64,000 nucleotides of DNA from Spirochaetia bacterium (lineage in GTDB: Bacteria; Spirochaetota; Spirochaetia; CADAEX01), in contig JAZURI010000007.1 of NCBI GenBank assembly GCA_045606105.1, positions 50,875 to 114,874 of the forward strand. The letters run 5' to 3'. The notes beneath the pieces were generated by a model that worked only from the letters and a program-made list of their open reading frames with translations, did no database searches and was not told the DNA's origin. Within the stretch, counting starts at the first letter, position 1; each line of letters opens with the position of its first letter. A program made the translations under genes and the position numbers. Of the stretch, positions 1 to 8,749 are shown one piece after another.

Positions 1-309
1 GCGCATGTTGCTATTGACATCATTTCCGGAAGATGCAGCCTCAGAACACAGGCTATCCTGGATATGATTTCATACATTATCTTTTTCTTTCCTTCTGTTG
101 GTGTTGTATTCTTCAGAGGAATCAAGTTCGCAGCTGACTCATGGAGGATCAAAGAGGTTTCATGGTCAGAGTTCCCTGCACCTATCTATCTTCAGAAGAC
201 TATCATTCCTGTAATGTCAGGTCTTCTCCTTATTCAGGGTCTTGCTATCTTCATCAGAAGAATTGAACAGGCAATTGACGGTGACAACTACAAAAAGGAG
301 GCAAAATAA
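1..309 (+). CDS. dctQ: TRAP transporter small permease (DctQ family), 5'-truncated by window edge
   Basis: Frame open from base 1 (AHVAIDII...), hydrophobic helices, H-x-x-I-D motif, stop overlaps start of the DctM gene. Confidence 0.85.
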   Translation, partial: AHVAIDIISGRCSLRTQAILDMISYIIFFFPSVGVVFFRGIKFAADSWRIKEVSWSEFPAPIYLQKTIIPVMSGLLLIQGLAIFIRRIEQAIDGDNYKKEAK

Positions 310-1673
310 TGGGATTTGAAGGTTTTGTAATGACTCCTGGGTTCGTAGCCGTTGCTATGTTCATAGGTCTTTTGGCTGGTCTTTTCCTTGGCCACCCACT
401 TGCATTCGTTCTTGGTGGACTTGCTGTTATTTTCGGTTTCTTCAGCCAGAAATATCACGTGGCATTCCCATCACTTATGATGAATAAATTCAATGCGCAG
501 ATGTCCAACTACACCTATGTAGCCATCCTATTCTTTATATTCATGGCGAACTTTATGGGTGAGTCGGGTATGGCGGACGGTCTCTTCAAGTCTGTACAGT
601 ATCTGTTCGGACCGGTAAGAGGTGGTATTGCAGTTGCAGTAATCGTAGTATCTACACTCCTTGCTGCATGTACAGGTACAACTGGTGCTTCCTGTGTAAC
701 AATGGGTGTACTCGCTCTTCCTGTAATGAAAGCTAACCATTACTCAATGAAGCTTTCCTGTGGTGCTATTGCCGGTTCATCTGCTCTTGGTATTCTTATC
801 CCGCCTAGTATCATGCTCCTCGTACTTGCTGAGCTTTCAGGTTGTACAGTAGGACAGCTCTTCGCAGGTTCTATCCTTCCTGGTATTCTCCTTGCTGTAA
901 TGTATATCATCTACGCAGTTTACCAGTGCTGGAGACACCCTTGGAAAGGTCCTGCTCTTCCTCTCGAAGTAAGAAGACAGGTTACAAGAGGTCAGCTTGC
1001 AAAAATGCTCATTATCAACCTCTGTCCTCCTCTTCTCCTTATCGGTGCCGTACTTGGTGTACTCTTCACAGGTGTTGCTACACCTACTGAAGCATCTGCT
1101 ACAGGTGCTTTCTGTGCACTCGGTCTTTACATCGGTTACGGAAGATTCTCATGGAAGGGTCTTGTAAAGATCATGGAAGACACAGCTAACACAGTATCTA
1201 TGGTACTTATCGTTATGACAGGTGCCGGATTCTTCACAGCTATCTTCATGGGTCTTGGTGGTGGAGACGTTATCCAGGGTATGATCCTTGGTTGCGGTCT
1301 CGGAAAATGGGGTACATATGCCGTAATGATGCTTATCTGCTTCTTCCTCGGTATGTTCCTCGACTGGACAGCTATCGTTATGATTACTCTTCCAATCTAC
1401 CTCCCAATCGCAGACCAGATGGGAATGGACAGACTTTGGTTCGTAGTATCTATCGCAGTAATGCTCCAGGACTCTTTCTGTACACCTCCGTTCGGATACA
1501 ACCTGTTCTACCTGAAAGGTATTGCTCCGGAAGGTGTTACTACAGAAGATATCTATCTTGGTACTATTCCATATTGGGCAATCATGGAGTTGGGACTCGT
1601 TCTCTGCTGTGTATTCCCACAGCTCGTTACTTGGCTCCCAAGCGTTGCAGTTAAATTGCCTAACGCACAGTAA
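309..1673 (+). CDS. dctM: TRAP transporter large permease (DctM family)
   Basis: 454 aa polytopic membrane protein with LGILIPPSI, GVATPTEA and TPPFG motifs. Confidence 0.93.
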   Translation: MGFEGFVMTPGFVAVAMFIGLLAGLFLGHPLAFVLGGLAVIFGFFSQKYHVAFPSLMMNKFNAQMSNYTYVAILFFIFMANFMGESGMADGLFKSVQYLFGPVRGGIAVAVIVVSTLLAACTGTTGASCVTMGVLALPVMKANHYSMKLSCGAIAGSSALGILIPPSIMLLVLAELSGCTVGQLFAGSILPGILLAVMYIIYAVYQCWRHPWKGPALPLEVRRQVTRGQLAKMLIINLCPPLLLIGAVLGVLFTGVATPTEASATGAFCALGLYIGYGRFSWKGLVKIMEDTANTVSMVLIVMTGAGFFTAIFMGLGGGDVIQGMILGCGLGKWGTYAVMMLICFFLGMFLDWTAIVMITLPIYLPIADQMGMDRLWFVVSIAVMLQDSFCTPPFGYNLFYLKGIAPEGVTTEDIYLGTIPYWAIMELGLVLCCVFPQLVTWLPSVAVKLPNAQ

Positions 1674-1694
1674 GAGCTGAAACAGTTATCAATA

Positions 1695-1726
1695 AGGTTG
1701 TCCCTCAGGGGGCAACCTGTTTTTTT
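1695..1726 (+). terminator. Rho-independent terminator
   Basis: AGGTTGTCCC-TCAG-GGGGCAACCT hairpin followed by a T run. Confidence 0.8.
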
Positions 1727-1759
1727 CTAAAAATTTTCAACTAAAAGAAGGTAAAAAAA

Positions 1760-2860
1760 ATGGGATGTTGTTGTAAAGCTGCTATCTTTGAAGAAACAGG
1801 AAAACCAATCGAAATCAAAGAATTCGAAATTCCTCAGACAATTGAAGAAAATGCAATGCTTGTAAAGGTTACATTCGCTACAATCTGCGGTTCTGACCTT
1901 CATACAATCACCGGTAAGAGAAAAGAGGCTGCTCCTCTTATCCTCGGACACGAGATTATCGGAACTATTGCTAAGCTCGGATCACCTAACCTTAAAGACG
2001 GTTACGGAAACGCTCTTAAGATCGGAGACAGAATTACTTGGACAATTATGGCTTCATGCGGTGAATGCTTCTACTGCCAGAAGGGTATTCCACAGAAGTG
2101 TGTAAAGCTTAAGAAATATGGTCATACATGCTGCTATGACAAGGAAATCAAGTCAGGACTGGTTGGCGGTTACGGCGAATATGTATATATTCTCCCTGGA
2201 ACAACAGTTTTCAAGCTTTCTGACAAGCTTTCCGACGAAGTTGCAACACCTGCTAACTGTGCTCTTGCTACAGTAGTAAACGCTGTTGAAACAATCGGTG
2301 TAGAGAAGGGCGATGCAGTTCTTATCCAGGGTGCAGGTCTTCTCGGACTTAACGCATGTGCTCTTTCCGCAGCTGCAGGTGCAAAGGTAATCATCATCAC
2401 AGACGTTGTTGATTCCAGACTTGAAGATGCAAAGAGATTCGGTGCAACACACACAATCAACCTCAAGGATGTTGCTGATACAGCAGACCTTGTAAACAAG
2501 ATTAAAGAAATCGCTCCTTACGGAATCGATGCTGCTCTTGAATTCTGCGGACGTGCAGAAGCTGCTACACAGGCTATCGCTGCTCTCAGAATCGGTGGAA
2601 GATACATGATCGCTGGTATGGTTAACCCTACACCACTGGACATGGATGCAAACAACATCACAAGAAAGTGTCTTACAATCAAGGGTATCCACAACTATGC
2701 TCCACAGCATCTCGGAATTGCTCTTAAGTTCCTTGAAGAGAACCAGGACAAATTCCCATACAAAGAGCTTGTTGGCGAAACATTCCCACTGGAAAAGATT
2801 AACGAGGCTGTTGAAGTTTCCAAGTCTCAGAAATACATCAGAGTTGCTATCAAATACTGA
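1760..2860 (+). CDS. Zinc-dependent medium-chain alcohol dehydrogenase (resembles the phosphonate-catabolism-associated HpnZ-like clade)
   Basis: ICGSD, GHE, CGECFYC...C zinc ligands, GAGLLG Rossmann motif, GIHNYAPQHL C-terminal motif. Confidence 0.9.
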   Translation: MGCCCKAAIFEETGKPIEIKEFEIPQTIEENAMLVKVTFATICGSDLHTITGKRKEAAPLILGHEIIGTIAKLGSPNLKDGYGNALKIGDRITWTIMASCGECFYCQKGIPQKCVKLKKYGHTCCYDKEIKSGLVGGYGEYVYILPGTTVFKLSDKLSDEVATPANCALATVVNAVETIGVEKGDAVLIQGAGLLGLNACALSAAAGAKVIIITDVVDSRLEDAKRFGATHTINLKDVADTADLVNKIKEIAPYGIDAALEFCGRAEAATQAIAALRIGGRYMIAGMVNPTPLDMDANNITRKCLTIKGIHNYAPQHLGIALKFLEENQDKFPYKELVGETFPLEKINEAVEVSKSQKYIRVAIKY

Positions 2861-2873
2861 TTCTGATTTTTAT

Positions 2874-2902
2874 TCCCTCCCCTCCCGGGAGGGATTTTTT
2901 TT
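2874..2902 (+). terminator. Rho-independent terminator
   Basis: TCCCTCCC/GGGAGGGA stem followed by T8. Confidence 0.85.
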
Positions 2903-2909
2903 CTGAAAT

Positions 2910-5210
2910 ATGAAACATAACGCCGACTCCGAAGACTTAAAAAATAATTTATTCCCGCGCAAAATCATAATCAACTTCACAATTCTTGCACTTATTGCCG
3001 CAGTTTTCTTTTTCTTTGCCACCTTCTATGTGAACAACAAGGCCAAGGAGAGAAACGAGCGCATGTACAGGACCCAGCAGATTCTTCAGTCCAGGGTTTC
3101 AACCCAGGCTATTGAGGAGAATCTTGATGCCATATTCTACAATATAGATATTCTGAGGATTTACTGCCGTGATCTGTTCAATGAGGAACGGACAGTTTCC
3201 AACAGCTTCTTCCAGCTGGTTCAGACAGGGCGTCAGGAGGTGGCGGCCTTCATGCTGATTGATAACAACGGTAATATCAGGTACAGGAATATTGCCCTGG
3301 GAGATATCGGTGAAAGCGCACAGAAAAAGGTTCTGGAGTATCTGGATCTGTACGGACCGGAAATAAAGGGAGGAATCAGCTATATACCGCCGCTGTATAT
3401 TGACAGGGACATGCAGCTTGTAATCAAGCTTCTCCCGGCATGGCAGGATGGCAGGAAGGCCGGTGTAATGGCTGTGGCTATAGATATCGGTAATCTTATA
3501 AAGAAATACAGCTTTATCAGCAAGCTCGGCTTTTCGGGAACCGAGTTATTTCTTGATAAGAACGGTACCGTTATCATGGATTCCAATATCAGGAATATCG
3601 GAAAGAATATAAATGATATAATGCTGGAAAATATAAATACCAAGAGCTTTCCTACGGAGGATATCCTTTCACAGCCCAACGGCAGCAGGAAATACAAGCT
3701 TTTCGATACCAGCAGGAATCCTCATAATGTCCTTGTGGCCTGGGATTCCGTAGAGATAATGGGTGAAAAGATAATCGTGGTTACAGGAGCTTCTGAAAGG
3801 TTCATCAACCGGGCCATCCGGGAGTTCCATAAGCAGTCTGTAATACTGGGTATCATGGTTGCCTTCATCATCGGTGTGGTATGTGTGCTCCTTATCCTTT
3901 CCAGGAGGGCCGTGGTAAGACGAAGCCTTATAGTCCTGGAGGATACTATCAATGAAAGGACCAGGGAGCTGAATCTCAGCGAGAAGAAATATCAGGCCGT
4001 ATTCCAGGGTGTCAGCGATGCCCTTGTGGTGGTTCGTGAAGGGCATATCAGCTATTTCAATGAAAGTACCCTTACTCTTCTGGGATATACTGCCGAGGAG
4101 CTTATTGGCAAGAGTCCTCTGGATTTTGTTTTTGAAGCCTATGAGGAGGGAATGGACAATGTGGCACCGTACCGGGAATATGCCAGGGATGCGCTGGAGG
4201 GAAAGCCTGTATCCTTTGAGGCAATCCTGATATGCAGGGACGGTTCCCTTATATATGCGGATGTGGCCATGGCCGACCTGGAGACCAAGGAATCTCTTAT
4301 CCTTACCCTCAGGGATATAACCTCCAGGAAGAAGGCGGAGAAGGCCCTGGCAGAGCTTAACGCTCAGCTGGAGAAAAGAGTTCAGCTCCGTACCAAGGAG
4401 CTGGAGCAGGCCAATACAGCATTGAAGGATACCCTGGAAACCCTTAAGAAGACACAGCAGAGCCTGGTGGAGGCCGGAAAGATGGCATCCCTGGGAGTAC
4501 TTGTGGCAGGAGTTGCCCACGAGGTGAATACGCCGGTGGGGATCGGTGTTACGGCGGCATCGTATCTTCAGGAGCAGACTGTACAGCTGGAGCAGAAGTA
4601 CAGGGGAAACCAGATGAAGAGATCGGATCTGGAATCATATATCGGTACTGCAGTCGATACAGCAAAGGTAATACTCAACAACCTGGAAAGGGCATCGGAA
4701 AGGATATCCAGCTTCAAGCAGGTGGCGGTGGACCAGACCAACCAGGAGGTAAGGCGGTTCGTCCTCAGACCGTACATAGAGGAGGTTCTCATCAGCATCC
4801 AGCCGGCATACAAGAAGACCCGGCATAAGGTTGAGATCGAAGGAGATGATACTGTTGAGGTTACATGTTCACCGGGTGCCATTTCGCAGATCATAACGAA
4901 CCTTGTGATGAATTCCCTGAAGCACGGCTTTGAAGGCATCGAGGAGGGTTCGGTGAAAATCGACATCCGCCGGGCCGGAAGCAGCGTGGAAATCGTTTAC
5001 TCGGACAATGGTATAGGAATGAATGAAGAGATTGTATCCAAAATCTATGACCCGTTCTTCACAACCAAGAGAGGCAGCGGAGGAAGCGGTCTGGGAATGA
5101 ATATTGTATACAATCTGGTAACAAGAACCCTGAAGGGAGATATCTCTGTAAAGAGCAAGGTAGGCGAGGGTACGGTTTTTTATATAAAATTTCCTTGTGA
5201 AATTAGATAA
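2910..5210 (+). CDS. Membrane sensor histidine kinase (extracytoplasmic Cache-like domain, PAS, HisKA, HATPase)
   Basis: Two TM segments, PAS ending RDIT, H-box AHEVNTP, N-box, DNGIG, FFTTK and GSGLG boxes. Confidence 0.93.
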   Translation: MKHNADSEDLKNNLFPRKIIINFTILALIAAVFFFFATFYVNNKAKERNERMYRTQQILQSRVSTQAIEENLDAIFYNIDILRIYCRDLFNEERTVSNSFFQLVQTGRQEVAAFMLIDNNGNIRYRNIALGDIGESAQKKVLEYLDLYGPEIKGGISYIPPLYIDRDMQLVIKLLPAWQDGRKAGVMAVAIDIGNLIKKYSFISKLGFSGTELFLDKNGTVIMDSNIRNIGKNINDIMLENINTKSFPTEDILSQPNGSRKYKLFDTSRNPHNVLVAWDSVEIMGEKIIVVTGASERFINRAIREFHKQSVILGIMVAFIIGVVCVLLILSRRAVVRRSLIVLEDTINERTRELNLSEKKYQAVFQGVSDALVVVREGHISYFNESTLTLLGYTAEELIGKSPLDFVFEAYEEGMDNVAPYREYARDALEGKPVSFEAILICRDGSLIYADVAMADLETKESLILTLRDITSRKKAEKALAELNAQLEKRVQLRTKELEQANTALKDTLETLKKTQQSLVEAGKMASLGVLVAGVAHEVNTPVGIGVTAASYLQEQTVQLEQKYRGNQMKRSDLESYIGTAVDTAKVILNNLERASERISSFKQVAVDQTNQEVRRFVLRPYIEEVLISIQPAYKKTRHKVEIEGDDTVEVTCSPGAISQIITNLVMNSLKHGFEGIEEGSVKIDIRRAGSSVEIVYSDNGIGMNEEIVSKIYDPFFTTKRGSGGSGLGMNIVYNLVTRTLKGDISVKSKVGEGTVFYIKFPCEIR

Positions 5211-5256
5211 ATCAGGTAGACTAAAAATAATTTTTGGATTATATTAAATAAAATTA

Positions 5257-5285
5257 TTGACAAAAGTCGGCATATCTGATAATTT
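5257..5285 (+). promoter_or_regulatory. sigma70-type promoter of the tRNA-rpmG-secE-nusG operon
   Basis: TTGACA-17 nt-TAATTT with upstream TG and an AT-rich UP region. Confidence 0.65.
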
Positions 5286-5313
5286 TCTACATTGTTTAGA
5301 ATGTGTGTGATAT

Positions 5314-5386
<73 letters not shown>

Positions 5387-5403
5387 TTAGGAGGATTATA
5401 TAT

Positions 5404-5580
5404 ATGGCATCAAAGAAGAAAGGAAATGTAGAACTTGTAGCTCTGCAGTGCACAGAATGCAAGAGAAAAAATTATACAACCTCAAAAAACAGAAAGAATA
5501 TCCAGGGAAAGATGGAATTCAGCAAATACTGCAGTTTTGACAAAAAGCACACAATTCACAAAGAAACAAAAATTAAATAA
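5404..5580 (+). CDS. rpmG: 50S ribosomal protein L33 (58 aa, not in ORF track)
   Basis: MASKKKGNVELVALQCTECKRKNYTTSKN...KYCSFDKKHTIHKETKIK; AGGAGG SD. Confidence 0.95.
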   Translation: MASKKKGNVELVALQCTECKRKNYTTSKNRKNIQGKMEFSKYCSFDKKHTIHKETKIK

Positions 5581-5595
5581 TATTTTTATATTATT

Positions 5596-5669
5596 AGGGT
5601 AGTAGCTCCAACGGCTAGAGCGCTGGTCTCCAAAACCGGATGTTGTAGGTTCGAATCCTACCTGCCCTG
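5596..5669 (+). tRNA. tRNA-Trp(CCA)
   Basis: Cloverleaf, anticodon loop CTCCAAA, canonical position between rpmG and secE. Confidence 0.95.
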
Positions 5670-5695
5670 TTCTTTTTTCACCTTAAGGAGAATAT

Positions 5696-5875
5696 ATGGA
5701 CAAGTTAATGCTTTTTTTCAAAGAAAGCTATGCTGAACTCAAAAAGGTCGTATGGCCTAGCCGCCAGGAAGTTATCTCATCAACATGGGTTGTTATCGTT
5801 TCTGTAACAATCTTTGCTGTTGTACTCGGCTTGGTTGATTTTCTTCTTATTCTTGGAATGGATTTGATTTTCTGA
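5696..5875 (+). CDS. secE: Preprotein translocase subunit SecE (59 aa, not in ORF track)
   Basis: ELKKVVWPSRQE motif plus one TM helix; AAGGAG SD; upstream of nusG. Confidence 0.95.
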   Translation: MDKLMLFFKESYAELKKVVWPSRQEVISSTWVVIVSVTIFAVVLGLVDFLLILGMDLIF

Positions 5876-5891
5876 TCGGAGTTAAGGGTAT

Positions 5892-6446
5892 ATGGCAAGA
5901 GAATGGTATATTCTTTCTACATACTCCGGGTATGAGAACAAGATAGAAAAGCACATCAGGAAATTCATGGAAGATCCCTCATTCGCAGAGATCGTACTCG
6001 ATATCAAGGTTCCCACAGAAGAAGTTATAGAAGTTAAGGATGGAAAGAAAAAGACTGTAAAGCGCAAGTTTCTTCCGGGTTATGTTCTCCTCGAAATGGA
6101 TCTTTCAGAAACAAACTGGAAGGAGCCATGTTCCAGAATCAAGAGGATTGACGGGGCTTCAGGCTTCGTAGGTGTTGCCGGCAACAAGAAGCCGTGTCCT
6201 ATTCCTGCAGAGGAGGCCAAGGCTATTCTCCAGAAGACAGGAGAAATCAAGGCAGACAAGCACGCCAAGTTCAAGCAGACTTTTGATGTGGATGAAAAGG
6301 TCAAGATTATCGACGGTGCTTTCACCGATTTTGAAGGCGTTGTTGAAGAAGTAAATGTCGAAAAAGGCAAAATAAGAGTCGTAGTTAGTATTTTCGGTCG
6401 TCCGACCCCTGTAGAGCTTGACTTTGCACAGGTTGAGAAGATCTGA
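5892..6446 (+). CDS. nusG: Transcription termination/antitermination factor NusG
   Basis: WYILSTYSGYE, FLPGYV, KOW domain IFGRPTPVEL. Confidence 0.97.
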   Translation: MAREWYILSTYSGYENKIEKHIRKFMEDPSFAEIVLDIKVPTEEVIEVKDGKKKTVKRKFLPGYVLLEMDLSETNWKEPCSRIKRIDGASGFVGVAGNKKPCPIPAEEAKAILQKTGEIKADKHAKFKQTFDVDEKVKIIDGAFTDFEGVVEEVNVEKGKIRVVVSIFGRPTPVELDFAQVEKI

Positions 6447-6473
6447 TCATAACCGGTAAGTTTTACCGTCTTG

Positions 6474-6511
6474 ATGGGAGTTTTCCGGCATACGGGAAAC
6501 GGTATTACCAC
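6474..6511 (+). promoter_or_regulatory. Putative L1-binding autoregulatory leader of rplKA
   Basis: TGGGAG...ACCAC flanking a GTTTTCCG/CGGGAAAC hairpin immediately before the rplK SD. Confidence 0.65.
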
Positions 6512-6524
6512 AAAGGAGAAAAAA

Positions 6525-6956
6525 ATGGCAAAGAAAAAAATTGTTGCTTACATTAAATTGCAGATTCCTGCTGGGAAAGCAACTCCGGCACCTCCGGTCG
6601 GTCCTGCTCTCGGACCTCACGGTGTAAGTGCTCCGCAGTTTGTTCAGCAGTTTAATGATAAGACCAAGGGAATGGAACCGGGCCTTGTTGTACCTGTAGT
6701 TATTACAGTTTACGGCGACAAGACTTTCAGCTTCGTTCTGAAGACACCTCCTGCAGCTGTTCTTATCAAGAAAGCATGCGGAATTAACAGTGGATCGGCA
6801 GAACCTCACAAGACAAAGGTTGCCAAGCTTTCACAGGCTGATCTTAAAAAGATTGCAGAGACTAAGATGCCTGATATCAATGCAAACGATATCGATGCTG
6901 CAATGAAAATTATTGCTGGTACTGCACGCAGTATGGGTGTTGAGGTGGAGAAGTAA
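6525..6956 (+). CDS. rplK: 50S ribosomal protein L11
   Basis: [12 protein letters not shown]; start moved to ATG 6525 after AAGGAG. Confidence 0.97.
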   Translation: MAKKKIVAYIKLQIPAGKATPAPPVGPALGPHGVSAPQFVQQFNDKTKGMEPGLVVPVVITVYGDKTFSFVLKTPPAAVLIKKACGINSGSAEPHKTKVAKLSQADLKKIAETKMPDINANDIDAAMKIIAGTARSMGVEVEK

Positions 6957-6958
6957 GA

Positions 6959-7630
6959 ATGAAAAAAGGTAAAAAATTCCAGGAAGCTGTAAAAAAATAC
7001 AACAAACAGGAAGTTTATGCTTTTGAAGATGGAGCAAAGCTTGCTAAGGAAATTGCATTTGCAAAATTCGATGAAACAATCGACCTTTCAATCAGACTCA
7101 ATCTTAAAAAGGGGCAGAGTGTAAGAGATACCCTCGTTCTTCCTAACCAGTTCAAGGGCGAAAAGAAGATTCTCGTATTCGCCAAGGGTGAAAAGGCTGA
7201 AGAAGCAAAGGCTGCCGGTGCGGCATATGTCGGAGACACAGACCTCGTTGAAAAGATCAGAGGCGGATGGCTCGATTTCGATGTAGCAGTTGCAACACCT
7301 GACATGATGAAGGATGTAGGTAAGCTCGGTCCGGTTCTCGGTAGAAGAGGACTCATGCCTAACCCAAAGACACATACAGTAACTTTTGATGTAAAGGAAG
7401 CTATTGCCGAACTCAAGAAGGGTCGTACAGAGTACAGATCTGACAAGACAGGTATCGTAAGTGTTTCCGTAGGTAAAGTATCAATGGATGCTGCACAGAT
7501 TGTAGAGAACATCAAGGTTGTTGTTTCAGAGGTTGAAAGAAAGAGACCTGCTGATGCAAAGGGTGATTTTGTTCTTTCTCTGGCCATCTCATCAACAATG
7601 GGACCTGGTATCAAGGTTAAGAAGGCTTAG
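6959..7630 (+). CDS. rplA: 50S ribosomal protein L1
   Basis: [21 protein letters not shown]. Confidence 0.97.
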   Translation: MKKGKKFQEAVKKYNKQEVYAFEDGAKLAKEIAFAKFDETIDLSIRLNLKKGQSVRDTLVLPNQFKGEKKILVFAKGEKAEEAKAAGAAYVGDTDLVEKIRGGWLDFDVAVATPDMMKDVGKLGPVLGRRGLMPNPKTHTVTFDVKEAIAELKKGRTEYRSDKTGIVSVSVGKVSMDAAQIVENIKVVVSEVERKRPADAKGDFVLSLAISSTMGPGIKVKKA

Positions 7631-7641
7631 GAGAGTAGAAA

Positions 7642-8148
7642 ATGGCAGAATATGTAGTAAAAGTACAGGAAAACAAGAAAGAGGCAGTTGCAGACCTCAG
7701 AGCAAAGTTCGAAGGTGTTTCAAACTTCATTTTTGCAGACTACAGAGGACTGACAGTAGCTCAGATTACAGAAATCAGAAAGAAGCTCCGTGAAAGCGAT
7801 GCAGATTTCAAGGTTGTAAAAAACAGATTTGCAAAGATTGCAATGAGAGATCTGGGATTCACAGAAGTTGATGATTTCCTTAAAGGGCCTACAGCTGTTG
7901 CTGCTGTTCCTGAAGAATCAAACGCAGTTGCAAAAGCACTTTTCGATTTCAAGAACGGTGGTATGCCGCTTGCAGTAAAGGGTGCCTATGTTGACGGTAT
8001 GCTCTTCGATGCAGCTCAGATTGAAGCATTCTCAAAGCTTCCTTCAAGAGCTCAGCTCATTGCTACGTTGATGGGTATGATGAAGTCTCCGGTACAGAAG
8101 CTGGCAGGAACACTTCAGGCTATCGTGGATCAGAGCGAAGGAAAATAA
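7642..8148 (+). CDS. rplJ: 50S ribosomal protein L10
   Basis: DYRGLTV, VVKN, LKGPTA. Confidence 0.96.
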   Translation: MAEYVVKVQENKKEAVADLRAKFEGVSNFIFADYRGLTVAQITEIRKKLRESDADFKVVKNRFAKIAMRDLGFTEVDDFLKGPTAVAAVPEESNAVAKALFDFKNGGMPLAVKGAYVDGMLFDAAQIEAFSKLPSRAQLIATLMGMMKSPVQKLAGTLQAIVDQSEGK

Positions 8149-8241
8149 CCGTTTATTCGGTATTTTATATTAATGCAGCTTTAGTCTTATTAGTCATGCT
8201 ACAGCTGCTGTAAAAAAATTTATTTATAAGGAGAAGTTAAT

Positions 8242-8616
8242 ATGGCTACACAGGAAGAAATTCTTGAATCAATCGCAAAAATGACAATTATGGAGATCTC
8301 TGATCTCGTAAAGGCAATGGAAGAAAAATTTGGTGTTTCCGCAGCAGCACCTGTAGCAGTTGCAGCAGCAGGCGCAGCAGCAGCTCCGCCTGAAGAGGAA
8401 AAGACAGAATTCGACGTTATCCTTGCAGCAGTTCCTGCAGACAAGAAGATTGCAGCTATCAAGGTTGTAAGAGAAGTTACAGGACTCGGACTCAAGGAAG
8501 CAAAAGAACTTGTTGAATCAGCTCCAAAAGCAATCAAGGAAGGCGCTTCCAAGGAAGATGCTGATGCTCTTAAGGCAAAACTTGAAGCAGCTGGTGCACA
8601 GGTTGAAATTAAATAA
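8242..8616 (+). CDS. rplL: 50S ribosomal protein L7/L12
   Basis: [25 protein letters not shown]. Confidence 0.97.
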   Translation: MATQEEILESIAKMTIMEISDLVKAMEEKFGVSAAAPVAVAAAGAAAAPPEEEKTEFDVILAAVPADKKIAAIKVVREVTGLGLKEAKELVESAPKAIKEGASKEDADALKAKLEAAGAQVEIK

Positions 8617-8749
8617 TCACGCACTGATTATAACAAACATTTAAAAATTTTTTTCACGTTATAAGGGTTGGACTAATTTTTTAGTACAGCCCTATGTTTA
8701 TCTATAGAATGTTATAAAATTAACATTTTGATCGAGGGAGGTATGACGA

